Positions 1-10,398 of a DNA stretch of 43,166 nt are shown piece by piece. A program made the translations under genes and the position numbers. The DNA lies in contig DASQID010000382.1 of the NCBI GenBank assembly GCA_035631775.1, positions 1-43,166 of the forward strand, in the 5' to 3' direction. How positions within the stretch are numbered: position 1 is the first letter of the stretch; each line of letters begins with the position of its first letter. Below the pieces are notes generated by a model. That model was not told where the DNA came from. It searched no databases and worked only from the letters and a program-made list of their open reading frames with translations. This DNA comes from Acidobacteriota bacterium (GTDB lineage Bacteria > Acidobacteriota > UBA6911).

Positions 1-176
1 GAATCCGTTCATTGGGAGGCATGATTCAGGACGGCAGAGAATCTCCGGATTGACTCTCGGGCGCAAACGGTGAACAGCGACCCCGGCGCCACTGATGGCC
101 TTCCCCTATCGGTCTTTTCTGTTGATTTTCTACATAAGCAATGGCACATTCATGTTGAATTTCTACAGGAGCAATC

Positions 177-518
177 ATGGTTGTCGGCAGGGAAGACATA
201 CTCAGGGGCACGCTGGACTTGCTCATCCTGAAGACCCTCGACGCTCTGGGACCTCAGAACGGTTACGCCATTGCCAGGCGCCTCGAGCAGGTGTCCGAGG
301 ATTTGATACGTCTAAACCAAGGAACCCTTTATCCGGCTCTCCTGCGGCTGGAGCAGAGAGGCTGGATCAGCTCCAGGTGGGGCACCTCGGACAACAATCG
401 GCGCGCCCGCTATTATTCACTGACCAGGACCGGCAGGAAGCAGCTTGCAGCCGAGGCTGAGAGCTGGGCGCGGATGGCGGGAATGATCGGCAGGCTGCTG
501 GAGGGCGCGAAGTGGTAG
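177..518 (+). CDS. PadR family transcriptional regulator
   Basis: 113-aa ORF with AGGAG 5 nt upstream of the ATG. Winged-helix PadR signature: GTLDLLILKTL..GPQNGYAI, then GTLYPALLRLEQRGWI and WGTSDNNRRARYYSLTRTGRKQL. Lies directly upstream of an ADOP permease, the usual pairing. Confidence 0.9.
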   Translation: MVVGREDILRGTLDLLILKTLDALGPQNGYAIARRLEQVSEDLIRLNQGTLYPALLRLEQRGWISSRWGTSDNNRRARYYSLTRTGRKQLAAEAESWARMAGMIGRLLEGAKW

Positions 519-647
519 CGCCCATCGGCACCGGTTCATTACGCCGTTAACCTTGGGGATATCCGGATCTAATGCGTGTCCAAGGCAGAAGCCGGGAACA
601 GGAGTTGTCAAACACATGATGACGGAAACCATAAGCGGGAGATCGCT

Positions 648-3290
<2,643 letters not shown>

Positions 3291-3510
3291 TCGCTTTGAC
3301 GCGGACGCGTGCGCGGCCGGGCAGGCATCGCAGCTCTGTCTCGCGGTATCTGCAGACGCGGCAAAATGCGTAAAATTTGTGTTTCACTGCCCCACGGAAC
3401 ATCGATTCTCCTGTATCGCGTCGGACTGAGGCTCCTGATAGTAAACAAAACAACGAATCATAGTGGGCAGCCGACCACGGAAAATCTACCCGGCACCATC
3501 GAAGATTCGG

Positions 3511-3544
3511 CCAGAATGTGAATTTATTCTTGAGCGAACCCTTT
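3511..3544 (-). mobile_element. Solo terminal-repeat fragment of MITE-like family A (inverted orientation)
   Basis: ccagaatgtgaatttattcttgagcgaaccc matches the reverse complement of the family-A left end (cttagggctggagcaagaataaattcacattttgg at 37752). The match includes an identical 18-mer, aatgtgaatttattcttg. A weaker second end-like match lies at about 3352-3392 (gcggcaaaatgcg...). Confidence 0.6.
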
Positions 3545-3559
3545 GGTCGTGCGCTAGGG

Positions 3560-4309
3560 TCAATGCGCCAGCAAAACCACCGCCGTCGCATCATCGTTCT
3601 GGCGTCCTCGGGAGAATTCGTCCAGCGCAGTAAAGATCGTATCTACGAGTTCGTCGGCATCCTGCGCCTTGCTTTCGACGGCTGCATTCCTGATGCCCTC
3701 TGCTCCCCATTCCTCGCCCAACTGGTTTACCGCTTCAATCACCCCATCCGTGTACGCGATCACTGCATCGCCCGGAAGGAGCTGAAGTGCGCCTTCCTCG
3801 TACTCCGAATGCGGAAGGACTCCGAGGGGCAGGCCGGTGGCATCGAGCCGGACGATTGAGCCGTCTCGACGAATGACCATGGGGGGATTGTGACCTGCAT
3901 TGGCATAGCGCAACACGTATGTTGCGGCGTCGAAAACTCCATAAAATAATGTTGCGAATCGGTCGGCGAGGGAAGATGCATGGAGCTGGAGGTTCACGGC
4001 GCCGAGCACGGTGGCGGGATCGTTTCCCGCAAATAAAGTCGCAGTCCGGAGTGACGACTGGACATTCGCTATCATGAGTGCCGCGGGGAGACTTTTGCCG
4101 GAGGCGTCTCCTATGGCGAAGGCCAGGCGATTGTGCGGAAGCGGCAGAAAATCATAGCAGTCGCCGCCGAGCGCTCGGAGCTGCCGGCAACGAGCGCCGT
4201 AGTCGAGGGTGTCGATCGCGGGAGCCGTGTGCCGCATGAAGCGCTCTTGAACGTCGCAGGCGGTCGCCCAGTCCCAACTCACGTCGACTACCAGCGTGTC
4301 GGTCGCCAT
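3560..4309 (-). CDS. PP2C-family (SpoIIE/RsbU-like) serine phosphatase, stand-alone domain
   Basis: ORF 3560-4456; preferred start is ATG 4309 (GGAGG 7 nt upstream), alternative ATG 4357. Motifs: GGDCYDF, FAIGDASGKSLPAALMIANVQSSLR, FATLFYG, NAGHNPP, YTDGVIEA, DDATAVVL. Confidence 0.85.
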   Translation of the reverse strand: MATDTLVVDVSWDWATACDVQERFMRHTAPAIDTLDYGARCRQLRALGGDCYDFLPLPHNRLAFAIGDASGKSLPAALMIANVQSSLRTATLFAGNDPATVLGAVNLQLHASSLADRFATLFYGVFDAATYVLRYANAGHNPPMVIRRDGSIVRLDATGLPLGVLPHSEYEEGALQLLPGDAVIAYTDGVIEAVNQLGEEWGAEGIRNAAVESKAQDADELVDTIFTALDEFSRGRQNDDATAVVLLAH

Positions 4310-4476
4310 CTTCCCACCTCCGTCGGATTGTCGAACCAGGAGGCGGAAAATCGACATGACGGTGGGGGCGATTTTTCTGGAAGAATTGTCAGGTGGGATG
4401 TAGAGAACGCGGGGCGTGTTCCGACTGAGCTTATGAACGGGCAGAATGACCCTCAAACGGTAAAGGAGAAGAACAC

Positions 4477-4872
4477 ATGAAATACATTTTGCTTATGGCC
4501 GGCACGAAAAAAGGCGTGGACACCTATCATGCCTGGTCCCAAAAGGACATCGAGGCGCACATGGCGGTCCTCAGGAACATCGGCAAAGAGCTGAGCGAAT
4601 CCGGCGAGTTTGTGGCCACGCAAGGGTTAGCCGAGCCGAGCGAGGCGAAGGTCGTGCGCGGGGAGAGAAACGAAATGCCGATCACGGACGGCGTCTTCCC
4701 TGAAGCGAAGGAGTTTCTCTTGGGCTACTGGATCGTTGATGTTGAATCTCCCGAGCGAGCTTACGCCATAGCGGGCCGCATTTCGGCGGCACCGGGACCC
4801 GGCGGAGTGCCGACGAACATGCCCATCGAAGTGCGGAGGTTCGCGACTCATGCACAGCCTAAGCAGCAGTAA
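4477..4872 (+). CDS. YciI-like (YCII-related, DGPF-motif) protein, copy 1
   Basis: 131 aa, AGGAG upstream. MKYILLMAGTK..., ITDGVFPEAKEFLLGYWIVDVES..A..IA. This is the family typically found next to long ECF sigma factors (COG3795 next to COG4941). Confidence 0.85.
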   Translation: MKYILLMAGTKKGVDTYHAWSQKDIEAHMAVLRNIGKELSESGEFVATQGLAEPSEAKVVRGERNEMPITDGVFPEAKEFLLGYWIVDVESPERAYAIAGRISAAPGPGGVPTNMPIEVRRFATHAQPKQQ

Positions 4873-4956
4873 AGGAATGTCGAGAATGCGACGCGCGCTC
4901 CGAGTTGGGCTTTGAAAGGCCAGCAACCGTAGTGAAAAATGAAAGGAGCAGGAGAG

Positions 4957-5352
4957 GTGAAATACATTCTGATGATGACAGGCACAAAGGCGGATTTTGA
5001 CGCGTACGCCAAGTGGTCGAAGGAGGACCTGCAGCGCAATGTCGCATTTATGCGTGCCTTCAGCAAGGAACTCAAGGACTCCGGCGTGTACGTCGCCACG
5101 GAGGGTTTAGCGTGGCCCCACGAAGCCAAGATCGTCCGAGCGGGGAAGGACGGAGAGCCGATTACGGATGGGGTGTTCCCGGAATCAAAGGAGTTTCTCG
5201 CCGGGTATTGGATCATAGACGTGGAGAGCCCCGAGGAAGCCTACAAGATTGCCGCTCGAGCTTCCGCGGCGCCGGGATCCGGGGGCAAGCCGGGAAGCAT
5301 GCCCATCGAAGTCCGTCAAGTGTTGAGCAGCCATGCCGATTTGGGGCTATAG
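4957..5352 (+). CDS. YciI-like (YCII-related, DGPF-motif) protein, copy 2 (tandem paralog)
   Basis: ORF from ATG 4939. GTG 4957 (AGGAG 5 nt upstream) aligns VKYILMMTGTK with the start of copy 1. ITDGVFPESKEFLAGYWIIDVESPEEAYKIA is clearly paralogous to 4477-4872. Confidence 0.85.
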   Translation: MKYILMMTGTKADFDAYAKWSKEDLQRNVAFMRAFSKELKDSGVYVATEGLAWPHEAKIVRAGKDGEPITDGVFPESKEFLAGYWIIDVESPEEAYKIAARASAAPGSGGKPGSMPIEVRQVLSSHADLGL

Positions 5353-5380
5353 AACTCATGAAACGGTAGAATCTAAACGA

Positions 5381-6634
5381 ATGGAAGAGCGCTCAGAAAC
5401 TCCGATCGAGGTCCTGCTGCGGGAGTTGACACCGCAGGTGCTCGGGAGTGTGATACGAAGGTTCCGGGATTTCGCGTCGGCGGAGGACGCTGTTCAGGAG
5501 GCGCTGCTCGCCGCGGCGATGCAGTGGCCCCGCGACGGCTTACCGGACAATCCTCGCGCATGGTTGACGCGAGTCGCCTTCCGCCGGATAACCGACCAGA
5601 TTCGCAGCGAGTGGGCCCGCCGCCGTCGCGAAAGTGAGTTGGCACTGGATCCGGCTCTAACACTGGAATCGACCGGCATCGAGACTCCGCCGCGGGAGGA
5701 CGACACGCTCATACTCCTCTTCATGTGCTGTCATCCTGCGCTGACCTCAGCATCGGCTATTGCGTTGACGCTGCGGGCGGTGGGCGGTTTGACGACAGCG
5801 GAGATCGCCCGCGCCTTCCTCGTACCAGAGGCCACCATGGCGCAGCGGATCAGCCGTGCCAAGCAAAGCATCAGGGACTCTGGCATTCCCTTCCAACTGC
5901 CGACGGCCGGGGAGCGGGCACAGCGCCTGCGCTCGGTCTTGCATGTTCTGTACCTGATCTTCAATGAAGGCTATACGAGCAGCGCGGGGCCTCGTCTTCG
6001 TCGAGACGATCTATCCCATGAGGCCATTCGGCTGACCCGCATTGTCCGCAAGGTGCAACCGAATGATGCTGAGGTCGCCGGTCTGCTGGCACTCATGTTA
6101 TTGACTGATGCCCGCCGCCTAGCGCGAACAACCCCAGAGGGCGAGTTGGTCCCCCTCGCAAAGCAAGACCGGGCCCTGTGGGACAGGGAACAGATCGCTG
6201 AAGGAGTCGCGCTTCTTTCAGCCGTATTGGCCAAGGGCTCAGTAGGCCCGTACCAGTTGCAGGCCGCCATAGCTGCGGTGCATGACGAAGCGGGTCGATC
6301 AGAAGACACCGACTGGTCCCAGATTCTGGCGCTTTACGAACTCCTCAGACGCATGTCGGACAACCCGATGGTCAGTATGAATCACGCCATCGCCGCAGCC
6401 ATGGTGCACGGCCCGTCCAAAGGGCTCGAACTACTTGAAGCTCTCGATTCGGACCCAAGACTTGGCGGTCACCACCGCCTCGACGCGGTTCGCGCCCATT
6501 TACTCGAAATGGCCGGCGATCATAACGGCGCCATCACAAATTACCGGATCGCTGCTGGTCGGACCGCGAGCATACCCGAGCGGAATTACCTCATGACCCA
6601 AGCGGCCCGGTTGAGCGAGAGCACAGGACGCTGA
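5381..6634 (+). CDS. ECF-type RNA polymerase sigma factor with long C-terminal helical extension (COG4941-like)
   Basis: ORF 5333-6634; likely start is ATG 5381 (MEERSETPIE). Sigma-2 region: AEDAVQEALLAAAMQWPRDG.PDNPRAWLTRVAFRRITDQIRSE. Sigma-4 HTH: GGLTTAEIARAFLVPEATMAQRISRAKQSI. About 230 further residues form a helical C-terminal domain. Confidence 0.85.
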   Translation: MEERSETPIEVLLRELTPQVLGSVIRRFRDFASAEDAVQEALLAAAMQWPRDGLPDNPRAWLTRVAFRRITDQIRSEWARRRRESELALDPALTLESTGIETPPREDDTLILLFMCCHPALTSASAIALTLRAVGGLTTAEIARAFLVPEATMAQRISRAKQSIRDSGIPFQLPTAGERAQRLRSVLHVLYLIFNEGYTSSAGPRLRRDDLSHEAIRLTRIVRKVQPNDAEVAGLLALMLLTDARRLARTTPEGELVPLAKQDRALWDREQIAEGVALLSAVLAKGSVGPYQLQAAIAAVHDEAGRSEDTDWSQILALYELLRRMSDNPMVSMNHAIAAAMVHGPSKGLELLEALDSDPRLGGHHRLDAVRAHLLEMAGDHNGAITNYRIAAGRTASIPERNYLMTQAARLSESTGR

Positions 6635-6773
6635 GGCCCAACCACACGGCACCCGATCAATATAGGAGACTGCATGATGCGGCCAGCAGTTCATCGCTTC
6701 GTCGAGGTCTCCCCGGGCATTGCGGTCGCCCTTATCCTTACGGCGGTTTGGCCAGGACGCGACCTGGCGAACT

Positions 6774-6928
6774 CTTAAGGGCTGGCGCAAGAATAACTTC
6801 ACATTTTGCTGCTGGCCCCCCAGGCCCGCTGGCGAGGCGCGAGCGACGAGCTATACCCGGGGTGGTATGTGAGGAGCGAGCAACAAAGCCAGCGGGCCTG
6901 CAGGCCGCAGCCTGAAAGGGCGCGGCGC
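6774..6928 (-). mobile_element. Partial copy (right half, inverted) of MITE-like family A
   Basis: cttaagggctggcgcaagaataacttcacattttgctgc..ggcccgctggcgaggcgcgagcgacgagctatacccggggtggtatgt... is the reverse complement of 15420-15566. Similarity is lost after about gcgcggcg. Confidence 0.75.
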
Positions 6929-7016
6929 CGAGCGGAGATCCGAGGATCGGGTGCAACTCTCCAGCTGCACCTCATAGACCGAGCCCAATGGCAAGGGAGC
7001 CGGGAGGAAGAAAGGG

Positions 7017-7655
7017 CTAAAGGATGATCAAGCCACGGCGAGCCCCCAGCGCTACAGCCTGCGCTCGACTTGAGGCATTCAGCTTATGAAATATCGACGT
7101 GACGTGAAACTTGACGGTGTGTTCGGATATTTTGAGGCGCCACGCGATTTCCTTGTTCCCGAGACCGCTCGCGAGCATATTCAGTATCTCGCCTTCGCGC
7201 GGAGACAGCTGCCGACCTGACGAATCGTCTGTCGGCCGTGAGGGAGTCTCTGATCTCACCGCCAAGTGTTCCAGCACTTCCGGATGGAAAACCAGCAGTC
7301 CTTCAGCTGCAGCTTCAATGGCAATCTTAATCTCTCGGGCGTTGGCATCGAGAGCCAAGACCCCGCGAATACCCTCGTCTGATTGCGCGGCGATCAGCGC
7401 CAGGGGGAATTCCATTTCGGTCGCAAGCAGAACCCGGGCCACAGGATTTGCATCCCGGCCCGGCATCTCGCTCTCCAAGTCCTCGACATCATATCGTGCC
7501 AGAATGACATCAGGCCTCGAATCCACAAGATCGTTGACCAACCCCGCTCTCCCGAGAGTGCTGCCGGCCAACTCCAACGACAGCGACAACGTGACCAGCG
7601 CCTCGATTCGTTCGAGCTCGTTCATCGATTTCGCGCAGACATGCACTCGGATCAT
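7017..7655 (-). CDS. LuxR/FixJ-type DNA-binding regulator with atypical (pseudo-)receiver domain
   Basis: ORF 7017-7721; preferred start is ATG 7655 (GAGGAG upstream, MIRVHV...). C-terminal LuxR HTH: LSPREGEILNMLASGLGNKEIAWRLKISEHTVKFHVTSIFHKLNASSRAQAV. The N-terminal REC-like fold lacks the DD pair (IRVHVCAKS) and the conserved Lys. Confidence 0.8.
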   Translation of the reverse strand: MIRVHVCAKSMNELERIEALVTLSLSLELAGSTLGRAGLVNDLVDSRPDVILARYDVEDLESEMPGRDANPVARVLLATEMEFPLALIAAQSDEGIRGVLALDANAREIKIAIEAAAEGLLVFHPEVLEHLAVRSETPSRPTDDSSGRQLSPREGEILNMLASGLGNKEIAWRLKISEHTVKFHVTSIFHKLNASSRAQAVALGARRGLIIL

Positions 7656-7728
7656 GCGCTCCTCGGCCGAATATTCACGCCAGGAGAGGGAATCACGCCA
7701 CTCCAGTCGGGATAGCTCCATGGAAGCG

Positions 7729-8658
7729 TCAACTCGATCTCGGACGCTCTCCGATCGTAATGACGACCTCGGCCGGTGCCCCGCCGCGCAGCAAGGATAC
7801 CTTCATGGATGAGCCGATGAGCTCGCCCGCGAGATGATCCTGCAAATCGTCGACGTCCTCAATGGCATTTGAATTGATGGCGACAAAGACGTCTCCGAGT
7901 ATCACCCCCGCTTTGTCGGCTGGACTGCCGGGCTCGACGCTCACAATCAGAACCCCACTGTCGCTTCCCAATCTGAGCGCTTCACGGATCTTCAGAGGAA
8001 GCCGCACAGGTTGCATGGCAACGCCGAGATATCCGCGCCCTATGTGTCCTCTCTTGGCCAGCTCTTCTGTGACCCGTTCGACGGTCGATGCGGGTATTAC
8101 GACAGCCGCATACCTCGACAACCCTGCGGTGATGATACCTAGTATACGCCCCCGGTCGTCCGCCGCAGGGCCGCCTGAAAAGTTGGGGTGCAGGTTGCGA
8201 TCCAGACGGAGGGTGTGATCCAGCAATCCGCCCCTCCAGGTTCGCCATGCCCCCCCAACGACTCCAGCCAGCGCCAGGCCGGCTCTTGCACCACCTTCGG
8301 CCGTACGGCCCGCCGCCAGAATCCAATTCCCCACTTTCAAAGCCCGTATGTCCCCGAACTCCGGAATCGGCAGGTTCACGCTATCACTCTTAATGATGGC
8401 CAGGTCCGTGCTGGGGTCACGCCCCACAAGGGCCGCCATGACGCCCTGGCCATCCGGCAACGTGACTGAGATTTCCTCGTCCCGCTCCAGTGCGTGATCC
8501 GCAGTGACCACTATTCCAGGTCGCCATTGGACTCCGCTTGACGGGATTCGCCGCCGCCCGTATACGGCAACCACAACGCGCCCGACCTTTTCAATGATAT
8601 TCGCCGATTCGATGGAAAGCGTCTGCCATGTGCTTGTCATCGTTGAATCATGCTGCAT
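7729..8658 (-). CDS. Trypsin-like S1C (HtrA/DegP-like) serine protease with C-terminal PDZ domain, no signal peptide
   Basis: The ORF track extends to 9030, but that extension runs through a MITE. The real start is ATG 8658 (GGAGG 5 nt upstream, MQHDSTMTST). Catalytic triad context: TADHAL, STDLAII, NFSGGP. PDZ domain: GYLGV...GVLIVSVEPGSPADKAGVILGDV. Confidence 0.85.
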   Translation of the reverse strand: MQHDSTMTSTWQTLSIESANIIEKVGRVVVAVYGRRRIPSSGVQWRPGIVVTADHALERDEEISVTLPDGQGVMAALVGRDPSTDLAIIKSDSVNLPIPEFGDIRALKVGNWILAAGRTAEGGARAGLALAGVVGGAWRTWRGGLLDHTLRLDRNLHPNFSGGPAADDRGRILGIITAGLSRYAAVVIPASTVERVTEELAKRGHIGRGYLGVAMQPVRLPLKIREALRLGSDSGVLIVSVEPGSPADKAGVILGDVFVAINSNAIEDVDDLQDHLAGELIGSSMKVSLLRGGAPAEVVITIGERPRSS

Positions 8659-8760
8659 GTGTTCCTCCAAGCTTCGTGAGATCCAGTCTGGATTCACTCC
8701 CAGACCACGAAAGTCTAGATTAGAGGGAGAGATCCGCATATCGCCCAAATGGCTAGGTAG

Positions 8761-9048
8761 TTTCTGTCGCGAAACTCCTTGGCCATGCGGAAAGCGCCCC
8801 GGAGGGGCGCAAGCCAATAGCCCCGGGCAAGCGAAGCGCAGCCCGGGGTTGGGATTGTCAAGAAAGATCAGAGCCCCGGAGGGGCGACAGATAACACATG
8901 GCATACAAAGGCGCCTTTCGCCCCTGCCGGGGCTCGACATTATGCAATATCCTATCCGGGGGCTCGCGCCCCCGGCTACCCCGGCTACTTGCTTGGGCCC
9001 CTCCGGGGCCCGACCTGATGGGCGATTCATCGAGTTTCGCGACAGAAA
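8761..9048 (+). mobile_element. MITE-like family B, copy 1 (288 bp)
   Basis: Terminal inverted repeats tttctgtcgcgaaact ... agtttcgcgacagaaa. Flanked by direct repeat CTAGGTAG (8753-8760 and 9049-9056). The interior is full of GC hairpins (gccccggaggggc, ccgggggctcgcgcccccgg, ggcccctccggggcc). Homologous to 26946-27178 in inverted orientation. Confidence 0.85.
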
Positions 9049-9177
9049 CTAGGTAGGTAGGAATCGCCTCTCGTAAGTTCCCTTGCTCACTCTTACTGCA
9101 TTCCGGCCATCCGGGCGTTAACACTCGGCTCTTGCTTGGCGTCTATTTCGGTAACCCCGGCGACATCGAGGCAACTT

Positions 9178-9360
9178 ATGAGAAATGCGGTTCTTATTCT
9201 AGTACTTGGAGTCGTGACGGCATGTATTGCCACTGGGCGGTCCCTAGGATGTTGCGAACTTACCCGGGGCCGACAAGGAGGTGATCACTGTCGGCAAGGG
9301 AACGGGTTCGGTTGCCGGTCGCGCACTCAATTCGACGCGGAGATGGCGGACGTCTTCTAA
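9178..9360 (+). CDS. Candidate small Cys-rich lipoprotein (60 aa), speculative
   Basis: MRNAVLILVLGVVTAC has a lipobox-like VTAC after a hydrophobic stretch. GAGG lies 6 nt upstream of ATG 9178. The mature part has 4 more Cys. There is no other support. Confidence 0.25.
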   Translation: MRNAVLILVLGVVTACIATGRSLGCCELTRGRQGGDHCRQGNGFGCRSRTQFDAEMADVF

Positions 9361-9465
9361 CGACGGGGCCGCTGCGTGTTTGAGCGCTGCGGATTCGGGG
9401 GCTGTTTGGAGTCTGGGCGTGTGTTGGCGCCGAGATTGTCCAAGACGTTGTATCATGGTTTCAAG

Positions 9466-10308
9466 ATGCCAGTGAACGATTGGACGCTTGCTTGGTACGA
9501 CGCTGTTGCGGAATCATACGACCGTCTTGCGGTACCCTATGTCTTCGAACAGCCAGCCAAGGATCTGGTGACCATTCTAAAGCTGCCCCGTGGAGCGCGA
9601 ACCCTCGATGCAGGTGCAGGAACCGGTGTAGGTGCGCTCCTGGCGTCCAAGTCTGTGGGGTCAGAAGGTCTTGTTGTTGCGCTCGACACTTCTCTAGGCA
9701 TGCTCCTCTGCGCGCGAAAGAAGGGTCTGCCGTTGCTGGTGATAGGAGGGGCTCCCGGCCTTCCCTTTCCCGACACCGTTTTCGATGGCGTAATTGCCAA
9801 CTTTGTTCTCTCTCACATCTCTTCCTACCAAGCTGCATTGTCGGACATGGTGCGCGTACTGCGGCCCGGAGGCCGGCTGGGCATCACCGCATGGGGATCG
9901 CTCCAGGGCGAGTTCAGGAAGCTATGGCAGGCGACGGCGGAGTCATTCGCGAGCAGGGATCAACTCGATCGCGGCCTCCGGCAAGTGTTGCCATGGGAGG
10001 GTTGGCTCTCGGACAAAGGACATTTGGAGGATGCCATGCGCGATTCGGGGCTCGAGGATATCGAGGTGTACCATCGGGTGTATGAGAGCAGGGTGACGGT
10101 AGACGATTACCTCTCGATGAGAGAGATTACCTTTCAGGCAATGATCATGAAACAGCTGCTTGGCAAGGACCAGTGGAGATCGTTTCAGGAGGAAGCGACA
10201 AAAGTGTTCCGTAGCCGCAGTCAGGGATTGATTGAAGATACCCGAGATGCGCATCTTGCTATAGGCATCAAGCCCCTGCAAATTCCGCGGCGAAAAGCAC
10301 CCGGCTGA
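9466..10308 (+). CDS. Class I SAM-dependent methyltransferase
   Basis: ORF 9376-10308; likely start is ATG 9466 (MPVNDW). Motif I LDAGAGTGVGA, then VVALDTS..ML, FDGVIANFVLSHI and VLRPGGRLGITAW. Confidence 0.85.
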   Translation: MPVNDWTLAWYDAVAESYDRLAVPYVFEQPAKDLVTILKLPRGARTLDAGAGTGVGALLASKSVGSEGLVVALDTSLGMLLCARKKGLPLLVIGGAPGLPFPDTVFDGVIANFVLSHISSYQAALSDMVRVLRPGGRLGITAWGSLQGEFRKLWQATAESFASRDQLDRGLRQVLPWEGWLSDKGHLEDAMRDSGLEDIEVYHRVYESRVTVDDYLSMREITFQAMIMKQLLGKDQWRSFQEEATKVFRSRSQGLIEDTRDAHLAIGIKPLQIPRRKAPG

Positions 10309-10398
10309 TCTCTCGGACAGAACAAGGGCTCTCACCCTCGTCCAGCATTTCTGCGGCCTGCGTGTCGCTTGCTGACCAGGTCACGAATTTGCCGGCGA

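Noticed and set aside
576-647. 24-codon N-terminal extension of the first permease ORF (MSKAEAGNRSCQTHDDGNHKREIA).
   Set aside because: There is no RBS, and the composition is polar and unlike family N-termini. ATG 648 has a GGGAG RBS and yields the typical ADOP N-terminal helix.
8659-9030. N-terminal 124 codons of the 433-aa ORF 7729-9030 (the apparent long form of the protease).
   Set aside because: The extension is read straight through MITE B copy 1 (8761-9048). It has a P/G/R-rich nonsense-like composition. A GGAGG-ATG start at 8658 gives a normal protease N-terminus.
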